In this document: positions 1-13,400 of the stretch, one piece after another
Numbering within the stretch: position 1 is the first letter of the stretch
Layout of the letters: the number at the start of each line of letters is the position of its first letter
Assembly (NCBI GenBank): GCA_976226885.1
Contig: OZ320317.1
Location: 50,034,001-50,098,000, forward strand
Source: Iphione sp. A-MEVVRFRX5
Taxonomy: Eukaryota
Length of the DNA stretch: 64,000 nt
Direction of reading: 5' to 3'
Made by a program: the position numbers and the translations under genes
Notes under the pieces: model-generated
The model's database searches: none
The model's input: the letters and a program-made list of their open reading frames with translations, nothing else
Told to the model about the DNA's origin: nothing

Positions 1-132
1 ATATGTATCATTAGGATATATCATTACTATCACTATTTTATTTGAATTGTGATTTCCTCAGTTTAACACATATTGGCCTGGAATTGAGGAATAATGGTAG
101 TTCTTGTAATTAATATTCCTTTTTTTTGACAG

Positions 133-1471
133 CATACATACCCTGACAGTAACAAACAGTACTTTGCCAAGCCATCACTTGGGATTATCAACTATGCTGT
201 TGGTAAGATTGAGCTGACAGTCACAGCTGACAGTCATACACCAGTGTTGATGGACTTTATGGCTGAGTTCTGTGAAGAGATAATAACAACAGCTACAACA
301 ACAACTACATCTGGAGTGATGACAACAGCATCACCCGGCCCTACAACAACAGGTATGAGGAGGTGTATCAAAGATACACTGCTGACCATTTATGAGCATC
401 TACATTTAAATAATAATAACATTTGTATCTAGATATTCAGACTGAATATTCCCCCTTTGAGTATGAAGTATCTGAATTTTGTGGAATAAATTATAAATTA
501 GAGGGGGTGTATATAACATGTAGAGTGAATGAGGTGGTCTTATTTTGCTAATAATCATCACCACTGCAAGAGGCACTACCTTATGCAATGACGTTTTTAA
601 TTCAGCAAATTGAATTATATTCCTTTTATCCTGAATGCATATAACAGGCACAATGGAATGTTTTTCCTGATATGATTAGTTATATAAGTGGTCCTGTTTA
701 AATAGTTCATTTGTTTTGTGTTTAGACTATTGGATTATGATATTGAATCTACTTAAGATGCTACAACTATAGTAATCCTTGTTTTGTAGGTCCTTGTGCT
801 AATGGCATTAGATTGTGGGACTATGACCATACTGTGGGCTTGACTGTCAAGACTGACTGTGGCCAGGATGCCACTGATATACTAAAGGGTTCTGGAACAA
901 CATTCAGTCCACCTGTAGATAACAATAATCAAGTAAAGATCATCTTTGAGACCACTTTCCTTGGAGGAATCACAGGCCTTTTGGACTTTAGCCTTATAGT
1001 GCAAGGTGGCATTACTGTTGTCTTTGAAGTATATGGAGCAAATGGTTTCAAGTACTTCTGGAGTCAGGTAAAGTCTATAGCACAAAATCATATTTTTCAT
1101 GGTTGTCTTGCTAATATTTGGAAATAAAGAAATCTTATATAAATATATTGTTACTATTGTTAGTTCATTTTTTTATGATTACAAAACCTTAAAACATAGT
1201 TATCTGGAATAATAGTCATTCTTTATATTTAACATTCTTTCATTTTTACAGCATACATACCCTGACAGTAACAAACAGTACTTTGCCAAGCCACCAATTG
1301 GATCTGTCAACTATGCTGTTGGTAAGATTGAGCTGACAGTCACAGCTGACAGTCATACACCAGTATTGATGGACTTTATGGCTGAGTTCTGTGAGGAGAT
1401 AACAACAACACCTACAACAGCAACTACATCTGGAGTGATGACAACAGCATCACCTGGTACTACAACAACAG
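133..1471 (+). CDS. Subfamily A repeat domains: C-half of one copy plus one full copy (PCANGIRLWD...PVLMDFMAEFCEE)
   Basis: Exons 133-352, 790-1067, 1252-1471. Exons 133-352 and 1252-1471 are near-identical, including the intron start gtatgaggaggtgtat. Confidence 0.85.
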
Positions 1472-4400
1472 GTATGAGGAGGTGTATGAAAGATGCAGTT
1501 ATGAGCATTGATGTGCAATTATATTTGAACACTATATACTATGAATAGATATTCAAACTGAATATTAAACCTTAATGGATGTATTATTTAAACGTTATTG
1601 TAACAATGCTGAATTAGAGAAGGCTTTATAATCTCATTACTCATTTAAACTATTTTTCAGTCAATGGCACCACTGGTACAAGTACAACACCGGGCATAAC
1701 ATCATCTCATGGAATCACAACTTCAACAGGTGCAACAGGCACAACCACACCTGGTGTTACAGGTGCAACAACGACTGGTACAACTGTAACCGGAACAACC
1801 ACAACCCCAGGGGTGACTAGTACAACAACCAGTGTAACAACTACAACAGTATCTCCCAGCACCTCTTCCACAACAGCAACTACCACAGGTCATTTCTCTG
1901 TTATGTATATAGATATATATATACATGTATGTATCTAAGCTTAATGATTAAAATACTAGCCTTTCCGCTTTCACAGCCAAAGAAAGAACTTTGGTAGATC
2001 ATATCTTTCAAACGTCTGTCTAATATAAAAGGTTTTAAATTCTCCCCTGCTCTTCTGGTTTAGCCTTCCCATGTGCCCATGAGGAGCAAATCTACAACTA
2101 CACCCAGTCGACAGGCATCACTGTTACTGATAGTGGAGGTGATAATGCCACCGAGGCATTGAAAGGTTCTCCCAGTGGTTCATATACCCCAAGCACTGCT
2201 GGAACAACAACGATAGTAATCACCGTTGACCAGCCTGGCGAGAACACCCTGATGGAGGTTCCACCTTTCACAGTTACTAATGCATGTACAGTCAAGTTCA
2301 CCATCACAAGTCCAAACGGCGATGTATATACAACAACAGTGAGTAAATTGAAATTATTAAATGAAAGTCAACATATTTATTATAGTATACGAAATAATAT
2401 TTTGTCATATTACAAACCTTGATGAAAGCACTAACATGATCCATCGGCTTGCTAAGAAAGAGTATCTTGAAATTCAGGTGATTGTTCTAAGGTCGTGATT
2501 GGTTCCTGGAAGGGATGGATTGGGACATAGAGTTATTGAGGACTTGTATTTTATCCATCATCATCTTTTTCTCATTTGACAGGTTACTACTGGCTCAATC
2601 AATGAGACGGACGTTGTTTATATTACACCGGTAATCCCGTTAAACATGGAAATGGAGACAATTCAGATCCTTGTTCAACCTCTGAATCCCAACAACTCAG
2701 TATCCATAGGAGACGTGGTGATTAAGGTGTGCTCCAAGCCTCCAGGTAAGAATATGCCGCATTGTGTCATGACCGTGGGTCGTCCACGAGGCCTTCCAAT
2801 AAGGAAAAGGATCGAAGCTTTCTAATGGATGCATTCGATATCAAGTTGTTGCGTTACCTTTGGTGTAGATAATTTAATGTATGTATTGATATAACGACTG
2901 ACATATTTATGAAATATCGGAACACGCAGCTAGAGTTTGTGACCCAAGCGTGAACTTAAGTGACTCTCTATAGAAAACCATATTTATGAAATACGTCCCT
3001 TACAAAGTGCTGTTTACATTTCCTAGTTACAACCACTATTACGACGCCAGGAACAACGACAACAGTGACAACAACAACAACAGCTGGTACAACAACGACG
3101 CCAGCTATAACTTCAACTACAGCAGCTAGTTCTACTGCAACAACCACTACTGTTCCAACTACAACTACAACTATGGCCACCACCACAACAGGTACAGTGG
3201 AGTGCCTCCATAGGGACGTGCCTCTAATAGGAATGTGCCTCTTATTGGGACACTTGAGCATAGAACCGAAATATTTCCTATAATATCATGTTTAAGGGAG
3301 AGGCTCTAATAGGGCCAGGCTATAGGGGTGGAGCTCCTCCATAGGGACAGTGCAAAGGCAGGTTTATACTGTGAATCAGTGGGCTTATGGCATGAATCGG
3401 CAGGTTCTTACCCGGAATCGGGCGTCAATTGGCGGCGGGAGCTGCCAGGAGCACAATGCCCAGAGGTGTGAGATATAGGCACAACCTGGATGGGTAGAGG
3501 GCTTACAGGAGCACAATACCCACAGGTTTGAGATATAGGCACAACCTGGAGAAATACAGGGCTGACAGGAGCACAACACCCAGAGGTGGGAGCTTGGCAC
3601 GACCTGCATTAGTAGAGTGCTGTCAGGAGCACAAAACCCAGAGGTCTGGGATAGAGGTGCGACCCGGAGGGCAGAAGACCGCTAGAGCAGTTCTGCATGA
3701 TGACTTGTACAGAGTGGCCTCAGGCCACAATGTCTCTAATAGGGTTTCGCCTCAATCAGGGACAGTTTGATGAAGAACAGAGGGTGTCCCTATGAGGTTC
3801 TCTGCTGTATAAACCTTTTTTCCCACCGACAAATATAATTGATACGTAACAAATTGGAGCTACTGTAATTCGGGATTATTCATATACATTGTATTATGTC
3901 CTTGGCTCAAGGCCATTTCAATACAGGACAGGATGCCTCACGAGAAAACCGTATTTATGCTTTGAGCACTTCACACCATGACTAACTCATGTCGTAATAC
4001 TTGAGAGAATAGCTCGGATAACCAAGATATCTTGTTATAACATCAGGCCTGTAGCCCGGAAGTTTTGTGGGGGATGGGGTATCAGATGATACTCCAAATA
4101 CCCCAAAGGTGGAACAATTGTTTTTCATCTCTATGAGGGCCTATAGGCATTAATGTTTGTGGGGGGTATCGGATGATACCGTAATAACCCCCTTGGCTAC
4201 GGACATAAACATTCCTTTTTATAGTCATGCCCTGACTTACTATTTTCTTTCACTTCAGTCTTGCCTTGCGCTCATGACGAGCAGATATTCGACTTCCACA
4301 ACCAGAACGGTTTGGAAGTAGAAGATGGCGGCGGCCAGAATGCCTCTGACGTGCTCAAGGGCTCTTCGTCGGGCGCCTACACGTCAACTTCCGGTCCAAC

Positions 4401-7400
4401 ACTCGAACTGACCTTCACAGAGACACAGCCTGGTGAAAACACCCTGATGGAGATCGCGCCTTTCAAGGTCACCAACGTGGACACCATAAAGATCATCGTA
4501 GAGGCTTCCAATGGCGATGTCTACACGACGACCGTAAGCAAAATGACCATTACTTTAATCTTTCCTATGTGAAATATATCGATTGCGTTAATTCTTAACC
4601 GTAAGGTATATCTGCGCTTCTGAACGAGCTGATTCTTCCACTGGTTTCACATGATAAAGTAATGCTTTTTGCTATTTCTTGGAGTTATCTCTCCTCTTTG
4701 GTATCAATAACATGCATACTGAAAAACACCAAAATGTTGTGGAATCAATATATCTTATATTGATGTAAATTGATATTGATATGTCTGATATATGCTGTAT
4801 CTATTTATATAGAGTATAATGTATATCATTAGCTGCTGCCATGGCGATGTATGTAACCATAGAGATGTTGCTAGGTTATTCCATATTCCACCTTCCATAT
4901 GACGCTCTCTACATTCCACGTTCAGCTTTCACTTGTATATTATCGTATTTATTATCGTGTAAATCTGGGTGATCACTAAACTATGTGGCTAACATTCTTT
5001 CATAAAGTAAGCTTGTTGTTGCCTGCAGATCGACTCTGGTGTAACAGACGACCAGCAGCTAGTCACCATCACCCCACAAATCCCGGTCGACATGGAGATG
5101 AACACGGTGACATTCGTCATCGAGCCCATCAATGATGCCAAACCTATCACCATTAGTGACGTCGTCATCAAGATCTGCTACGTGCCACCAGGTGAGGGCT
5201 TATATGAAAGGTTGCACCGTATAGACATCTTTATTCCAGACATAGTCCCAAAGACCTTGATCTCTGTGAGTATGTTTTACTTAGAGACATTTGTTTTGTT
5301 CACAAAAGGGCACTTGCTTGTATTTACGCATATATACATTGTGGCTTATAAGAACTCAGTAGCATACGGTGTTCTAACCACTGTATGATTCAATTTTATT
5401 TTGAAGTGACAACCACCACCCCAGTAACCATAACAACTACCACAACTACCACTGCCGGAACCACAACTATTCCATCAACGACAAGTAAGATATGAAAATA
5501 TTACATACATAACGAGACCCCCAACTCTAATACATAATATTTTAATTCAATTAGTTTACTTTCATGCAGTTCTGAAATCGCTCTTCCATTCTAAAGAGTG
5601 CAATAATTTGTGGAAGGTCTAACAGGCGTATTTTTTAAATTTCTGATGCAACAGCAACGACTACTGTCCCGACTAGCTCGACCACAACAACAGCTCCTTC
5701 AACTACGACCACAGTCTCAACGCCAACGACAGGTTTGCATGAATAAAGCATTCGAATACATTTCAGTTATACCTAAACCATTCAAGTTACCGAATCGATA
5801 ATCTAGCTTAAGTGTTTTGCCAGCTTTTTGTACTCTTACCGTTCACAAACTGATGCTTGACTTCCAGTTGTGCCCTGCGCACACAATGAGCAAGTATTTG
5901 ACTACAGCAGTCAGACTGGCATCACGATCACTGACGGAAATGGTAATGATGCCTCTGAGGCCCTCAGTGGATCTCCCTCTGGTTCGATCAGCCTGACCCC
6001 ATCTCCAACATCCTCCATCGTCATTGTTGATGATCAGCCGGGTGAGAACACCCTCATGGAGATAAGCGCCTTCACGGTCACCAATGTTCAGACAGTGGAG
6101 GTCGTCATTGAATCACCAAGTGGAGACATCTACACTACCAATGTATGTGGCTGTGCAGTAGCTCTGTGATTGTAGAAACATATTATATCCTTTACCGAAA
6201 TCACACGACGATTTTGATTTGAAGAAGAGGGAAGAGAGAATGGTCATAACTGTAGTATTACCATATTTAAAATTTAAACCAACCCTGTTTTCTATTTAAT
6301 CTATAGTGGCAGTAATGGGACGTTATCTCTCGTGCCCGCCGACCAGAATACTGAAAAATGTATTGTACCTTCCCCATTTCCTACCGGAGTTCTAAGAAAA
6401 GCACTCTTTGTCTTGTAACTTTCAGATCAACACTGGAGCCGTAGATGCTGCTGATGTGAAGACAGTTTCCCCAACTATTCCCACCGACATGGAGATGGAG
6501 AGTCTTACATTCCAGCTGACCCCTCTCGAGCCTACCAACAATGTGACCATCGGTGACGTCGTCATCAAGGTCTGCGCAATCCCGCCAGGTGTGTATTTGC
6601 ATGAGTAATTCGGAGGCTTGTCACTTTATGTTGTACCTGTAAATTGATACCGGTTAAAGAGACATTTTGTATCAGTGTTCTGCGTTAGGCTAATTATGCT
6701 ATATTTTCGCACCAGTTGTTCCGTATGCATCGGTAATGACTTTCGAACAGAGACAGGCCGGTTGAAATTAGTGCTTGTGTGTCGTTCCATCTGCTAATAC
6801 ATGTTATAGTTTTGTAGCGAAAAATACATTCGGATTCATATATACTACAGGTTCAACAACAACACCAGGTAGCACAACATCAACCATCACCTCCACAACC
6901 ACAGGCACCACAGCAACGCCGCCAACTAGCACCAGCACCACAACACCTGGTACAACAACCATTACCACTGGTACTACCACTGGATCTACCACAACAACCA
7001 CCACTACTGGTATATCACTTACATTGTATTATTCCTTTCGTGATGCACAAATATGAATGCACAATATTACAAGGCATTCATACTATTACTGATATGTATA
7101 TCATGCATTCTATATAATGAGCAAACATGTATTTTGTTTTCAAAGGAGTGAGCACAACCACAACTCCCGCCGTGGTATCAACGACCACAACAGTTGTAGG
7201 AACAACGACTACAGGTACTCAACCGTCTCAGTATTATATTTCTCAAGTATTCTTGGTCACCGATATTTGTGTTATTAAACCAACGTTAGAAGATTGTCTA
7301 AGCCTTGTTATACCTGACTGAACTTGGGTGCTGGTATAACATGAGCTGTAGTGTTTTTATGCTACTGCATAGTAATAAGATCCCTGTGTAAACTGACAAT

Positions 7401-10400
7401 GTTCGTAAAACATATAAATGCGTCTACATAACAGCAGCATGTTCATACATAGGATTGGTCTTAATTCCTCTTAAGAGGTGGACTTAAGAGATCGAGTAAT
7501 AAATGAAACAACGCTGATGGATCCCCCTCGGGATTATCAGTAGCATCTTTAAGAAACGAACTCACCACTGTTTGGTTCCTCCAGTTCAAGTATGTACCGG
7601 CACCGAGCAGCTGTTTGATGCCAACACGCCCTCCGGTATCACCGTCTCCGACAACTCTGGCAACGACGCGTCGAGCGCTCTATCAGGATCCCCCGACAGC
7701 CCCTACACGGCGCCGGCCGGGACCACGGCATCCGTGGTGATTGAGTACACGCAGCTCTCAAACAACACCCTCATGGAGATCCCGCCCTTCCAGGTCACCA
7801 ATGCCCGGATAGTGACGGTGAAGGTGTATGACGAAGATGGCCAGATCTACAACATCACGGTAAGATTTCCTCGTGGAGAGTAGCTGTAATAATATTTCCA
7901 GGGGCCTCTGTCATGGAAGGTCGCACTCTTCAGAATCAGTAGCTTTCTCATGGACTACCACTGCTCAGTCTTTACATGGGTATCTGAGTCGGTCTGAACA
8001 CAGATTCATGAGTTTATTGACTTTATCGAGACGGACTGGCGGACTTGGTAGACTACATTCTTTCTAATACTTCGGTTCCGCGCAGGTTGATGCTTCCGCC
8101 CTTAACGATAGCACGATCGTCGTCGATGTTCCGACGGGGCTGACACTGGGCAAGATCGAGATCACCGTCTGCCCGGCCAGTCAGGGGCTTCCGGTGACTA
8201 TCGCCAATGTTACCATCAAGGTGTGCACCCACCCACCAGGTGAGTTCTCGGCTGTCGTCGGAGGATGGGGTGCATAAAGTCAGAGGTCTCAGGAATTGTA
8301 CTCTCAACGTATGAACCTGTCAGCAATATACATTTTTTTTATAAATATAAACATGTACATATATACAATTTATATTCCTTGATGTTGAACTCACATGTTT
8401 GCTTCATCTATTAGAGTCAGCATTGGAGTGCTGGTTCAGGTTCAGAGAAATGCGTCATGTGATAACAATGATCATTGCATCCTCTTCAAAATCAGGGACC
8501 GGATATGAATTTGAAATATCCTCTTTTGTGATTAAAGGAACAACAACGCCAACGACCAGCACAGTGCCCACAACAGTAAATGGTACAACCACAACCGGTA
8601 CAACCATTACTGGTGTAACATCCACAGTTACTGGCACTACAACAACACCATCACTCACCTCATCACCTACAACCACTACAGCTACAACTGTCCCTACATC
8701 TACAACTGTGAGCACAACGTCAACACCATCAACTACTCCTCCAGTTACTACTACAACAGGTAAGATTATCCACACTTAAGCTTTCATTAAGTATTTCTAG
8801 TGAGCCTGCCATCGAAGACAAAGTACACGTTTTTAAGGTACTGTATACACTTTAACTTGGAATGTAACTCGCACAGTAGAATAAAACATGTACCTATAAC
8901 CACTTTACATACTACTTCTTTTTATCATGGGGCATGCATACTCATCATACAGTGCATCTAAAAGGGTAATTTGTAATACGCCCATCGACTAAAAACAAAT
9001 TAGGCCTGTAATACAGGAAGTTTGGTCAAAAAGATTCCAAGTGTATTATGACTGTAAAGGATGCTTCAGTATGTTATCACCAAGAACACGTCTCCGTGGT
9101 TTTTTTTTTTCTAGTACCCTATTGCGTCCAGAACGAGCAGGTGTTCAACTACAACAACTCTGCTGGCATCATCGTGGAAGACAGCAATGGCTCTGACGCC
9201 ACGTCGGCCCTGTCCGGCTCGGGAACGAGCTACACGTCCAGTCCGCAGCCAAGTGTGACGGTTGTGGTCACGGATGACCAGCCAGGGCAAAACATCCTCA
9301 TGGATGTACCTCCCTTCACTGTAACGAACGCTATCACCGTCAAGGTGCGGGTGGTGAGCCCGAATGGAGACACCTATCTGACAACGGTGAGTGTCTGGCG
9401 TGATGTCGTGTTTGGGAGTCCCAGCAGTAAGCCCCTACCTCATCACAATGTGTAATTTAGTTCATGTACTATGAAATATATTATTTACATTGGGTTGGAG
9501 AGCTCAACCATAGACATCTACCGTAGCACAATGCGTGTTTAGTTTTCCTAAGTATATCATTCTGGATTAGACTCTTACACCCTTGTGGTAATCATTTACA
9601 AGATTTTGATATTTAGTTGATGAAAGTAATAAACAAACAAACGTGAACTTTTGAAAGGAGTTTACATATGAAACTGGCACATTAGCAACGCCTTCTACAA
9701 AAATTCCTACTTGTGAAAATATCATGGTCTGTAAATCACACCTGAGTGTCGCTCCTTCCTAGGTAGACTTTTCTCTGGGATTATTACTCTCATCTTGTGA
9801 GCGTAGATTGTACAACCTCCCACTGATAACATCGATCATTTTCATATCACTCGCGTCACAGATCAACACTGGTGAGACCTCACCGGGTGCACCGGCCACC
9901 ATCACAGCAGTGGTGCCCTCTAACATCGAGCTGAACAAACTGCAGATCGTCATTATCCCAATCGACGACTCACTGCCGGTCACCATCAGCGACCTGACCA
10001 TCAAGGTCTGCGCTCACCCGCCGGGTATGTATTGACCTCTGAAACACCAAGGTCAACCCTGACCCTGTGTCATTCTTATTTGGGGCTTCTGCTAATTTCT
10101 ACTCTGTGGAATTTGTATAAATTCTGTGTAGCCAGTTTTGTGTTTCCCTGCCTATCCGGAAAATATATTACTGTTCGATAAGACGAATTCTGAGATCATT
10201 GATTCGCTTAATTTCAGTAACAACAACCACCACCTCAACAACATCCACAACAACTGTTCCTACAACGACTGCAACCACTACAACAAGTAAGCAGAAATAC
10301 TCTGTTAGATTATTGTGTACCTGTAAATCATTTGTTTCAGTGAAATCACGCTACATTCCCCTGGCTCCTCTTAACCTTCCGATTGTATTTTCTTTCATAT

Positions 10401-13400
10401 AGCTGCTCCCACAACTACCACTACTGCACCGACCACAACAACGGTTCCAACAACAACCACAACCCCTTCAACGACAACCACAACAATGTTGACAACAAGT
10501 ATGTATCCGGAAAATGTTGCTTGGCGAAGTCTCCAGTATCTGTTTCCTTGTTGGTGAAGTTTATATCTACCATAGTTCCTGCCGTTTCACTGTTTAGACT
10601 AAATTACACATACAGTATATTTGAAAAAAATAGTTTTAAACAGTATCATCACTTGTGAATTGTAAAAAGTAATTTCTCTTCTCTTTCTTTTTTCTCTCTC
10701 GCATTGTCTTTCTCTCTCCGAATGAGCAGCACGTGTCTGTGCCGAGAACGAGCAGACGTTCGACTGGTACAACCCACCTGGCATCTTCGTCGACGAGTCT
10801 GGTGCCAACGCAGTCGACGCCCTGACGTCATCGGGAACGTCGTACGTGTCAGCGCCGGGTGCCACCACCTCGCTCATCGCCGAGGACACTCTGGCTGAAG
10901 AGGTTATACTCATGGATATCCCTGAGTTCTACGTCACTAATGTCAAGAAGGTGACGCTCACTGTCATCGAACCCAACGGCAACGAATTCATCTCCACGGT
11001 AAGGACCTCAGAGCTCTGTGCATTTTCCCAGTAGCTGTCTACATGTTTAGCCACTGTACATCACTTGGCTAAATCTTGATTTGTTAGATAACCAATTGTA
11101 CTTTTTCAGTTTAACCCTTTTGTGCACACCTTGTATATATATGCACGATACATAGATGTGCGAAGTAATCGATGAATTGAGAGAAAAGAACCACAATCTC
11201 TTGGAGAGAAATTGAGTTTTATTTTCTCATGGGTGGTGTCAATGCAAGCTTTCGGCCCTACACTGGGCCTTCTTCAGGCAAGAGTGTTGGCATGCAGAAA
11301 GGCTCTCCATTTTAAGGGCAGCTAATCACAGTCTCATACTATCTTAGAAGACAAATTATTGGTGGATTTAAATATTTTGAATGTCAGTTAACAAGTCCAA
11401 TAAACATCACACACATCTCGATTGTGCTGCAAAAAATCACATGGATCACAGTAATAATTAACAACAACAACATAGGTTATAGTCTTAATATGAGAAACAG
11501 TCCAATAGCTGGAATAAAAGCAGAACAACTGTCTAGGTCACATTAATAAGTCAGTAGTCTGAAAACACGAAAACCCATAGGGGTGTAAATCCCAGAAATC
11601 TATTAAGGCACTGGAAGGTGCACTATGGCTGGAGAGTCTCATTAATGAAAAAAGGTAATCGATGGTAATAGCGACCAGATGATGAACGCACGCACACACA
11701 CACACACATACATGCTTATCACAAAAATTTCCGCGTCTAATTCGAAAAACATATGGACCAAATTAATGTGTGGTATGCTATGAAGTGTATAATGATGAGG
11801 TTTGAACCTGGTGTATGCCATGCAGGTGACGGTAGAGACGCCTAGCGACGGCTCCCAGCCCACAGTCAAGGTTCACGTGCCTTACGACATGGAACTGGGC
11901 CGTGTCATGTTCGTGTTCATCCCCAACAACACCAGCGAGCCCATCACAGTGAGCGGGATCACCATCCTTGTTTGCGCACACCCAGGTAGGTACTGTCAAG
12001 GTGTGAGAAAGCCTTAGACATCCATAACACTGTTTTAGCGGCATTGATCGGACAGTACATGTATTAAAGTGTGCCTCGGGTCAAGCTGTACCAGGAGTCA
12101 AACTGTAGTACAGATCAGAACACTATTAATAGCATCCATCAACCAACATGCAACTTTATTTGAAGCCAGAATGTCAAAGACATTGGATATGGACATTTGT
12201 TTCCTTGTCAATGGGGAGATAAATATATTTACTTGTTATGTTTATTCGTCCATTTATTCATTGGTGCACTCACAGAGGTATTGATTCTTTGTTCCATTCC
12301 TTTAGTTACTACTACCATAACAACAACGCCAACAGCGCCAACAACAACAACTGCGCCATCGACAACACCAACCGTAAGCACAACAACTCATATTGGAACA
12401 ACTGCTACATCATCTGTTACTGGAACTACAACCACAACCACAGCAAGTATGTAATTCATGGACATGTAGTTTGGTTCTATTAATCAGTAGCACCAGTATG
12501 TATGGAAGTCATCGGAATGAATGCTCGCTTGAACAAGTGTTGATGCAGTCTCCCGTGTAATGAATGTGGTGGGGGTGTAGGATTCGTACTCTCTGACCTT
12601 CCGACCTTTTCACAAGCTATTCCGTTCAAATTGCTCTTGCCACAGTTATGGCCGGTATGGTGGAGAATCTCAGCGAAGAATTTATCGTACACAATCAGTA
12701 AAAGCATACTTTTTGATGATTAAGTGTATAACTCTTGACTTTGTGTACAAGTTATTACTAATTAAAGTCCTACTTCTATCTAACTTGGATCTTAACCCTG
12801 AATACGCACCTTTCTATTTGCGTCTCCCACACAGCACCGACAACTAGCACCACCACTGCAACAACGACCACTAGTGGAACTCAATCAACAACGGGCACCA
12901 CTACAACTGTTTCACCGACGACGACAACCAGTAAGTATCGTCGTAAAGATGGAGACAGATGGCTATCTATGTCTGCGCATATATTTTTTCGCAGTGTTGA
13001 AGAGTTGGAATATATATCAGCAGGGGTTTCGAAAGAAATACATGTAGTTTAGTTATACAGGAATCTGGATCAGTTTCTGTGATATATATAGAGAGAGAGA
13101 GATATTATGTCACCCTATGAATTAATATATATACCACATCCATGTACGTGCGATAGACAAACTGTCTTTTCCATCCTTAGCAACGATATGCACCGGAAAT
13201 GAGGAAGTGTTCACGTATGCCGAACAGGAAGACATCGTCGTTACCGACGAGAGCGGTACCGACGCTACGGAAGCTCTGAGCGGCTCACCGAGCGGCAACT
13301 ACACCTTCCATGTGTGTGCCATGCCATCGATAACCGTGGAAGAAACCAAGGCGGAACAAAGCATCCTGATGGAGGTGCCTCCTTTCACAGTGACTAACGC

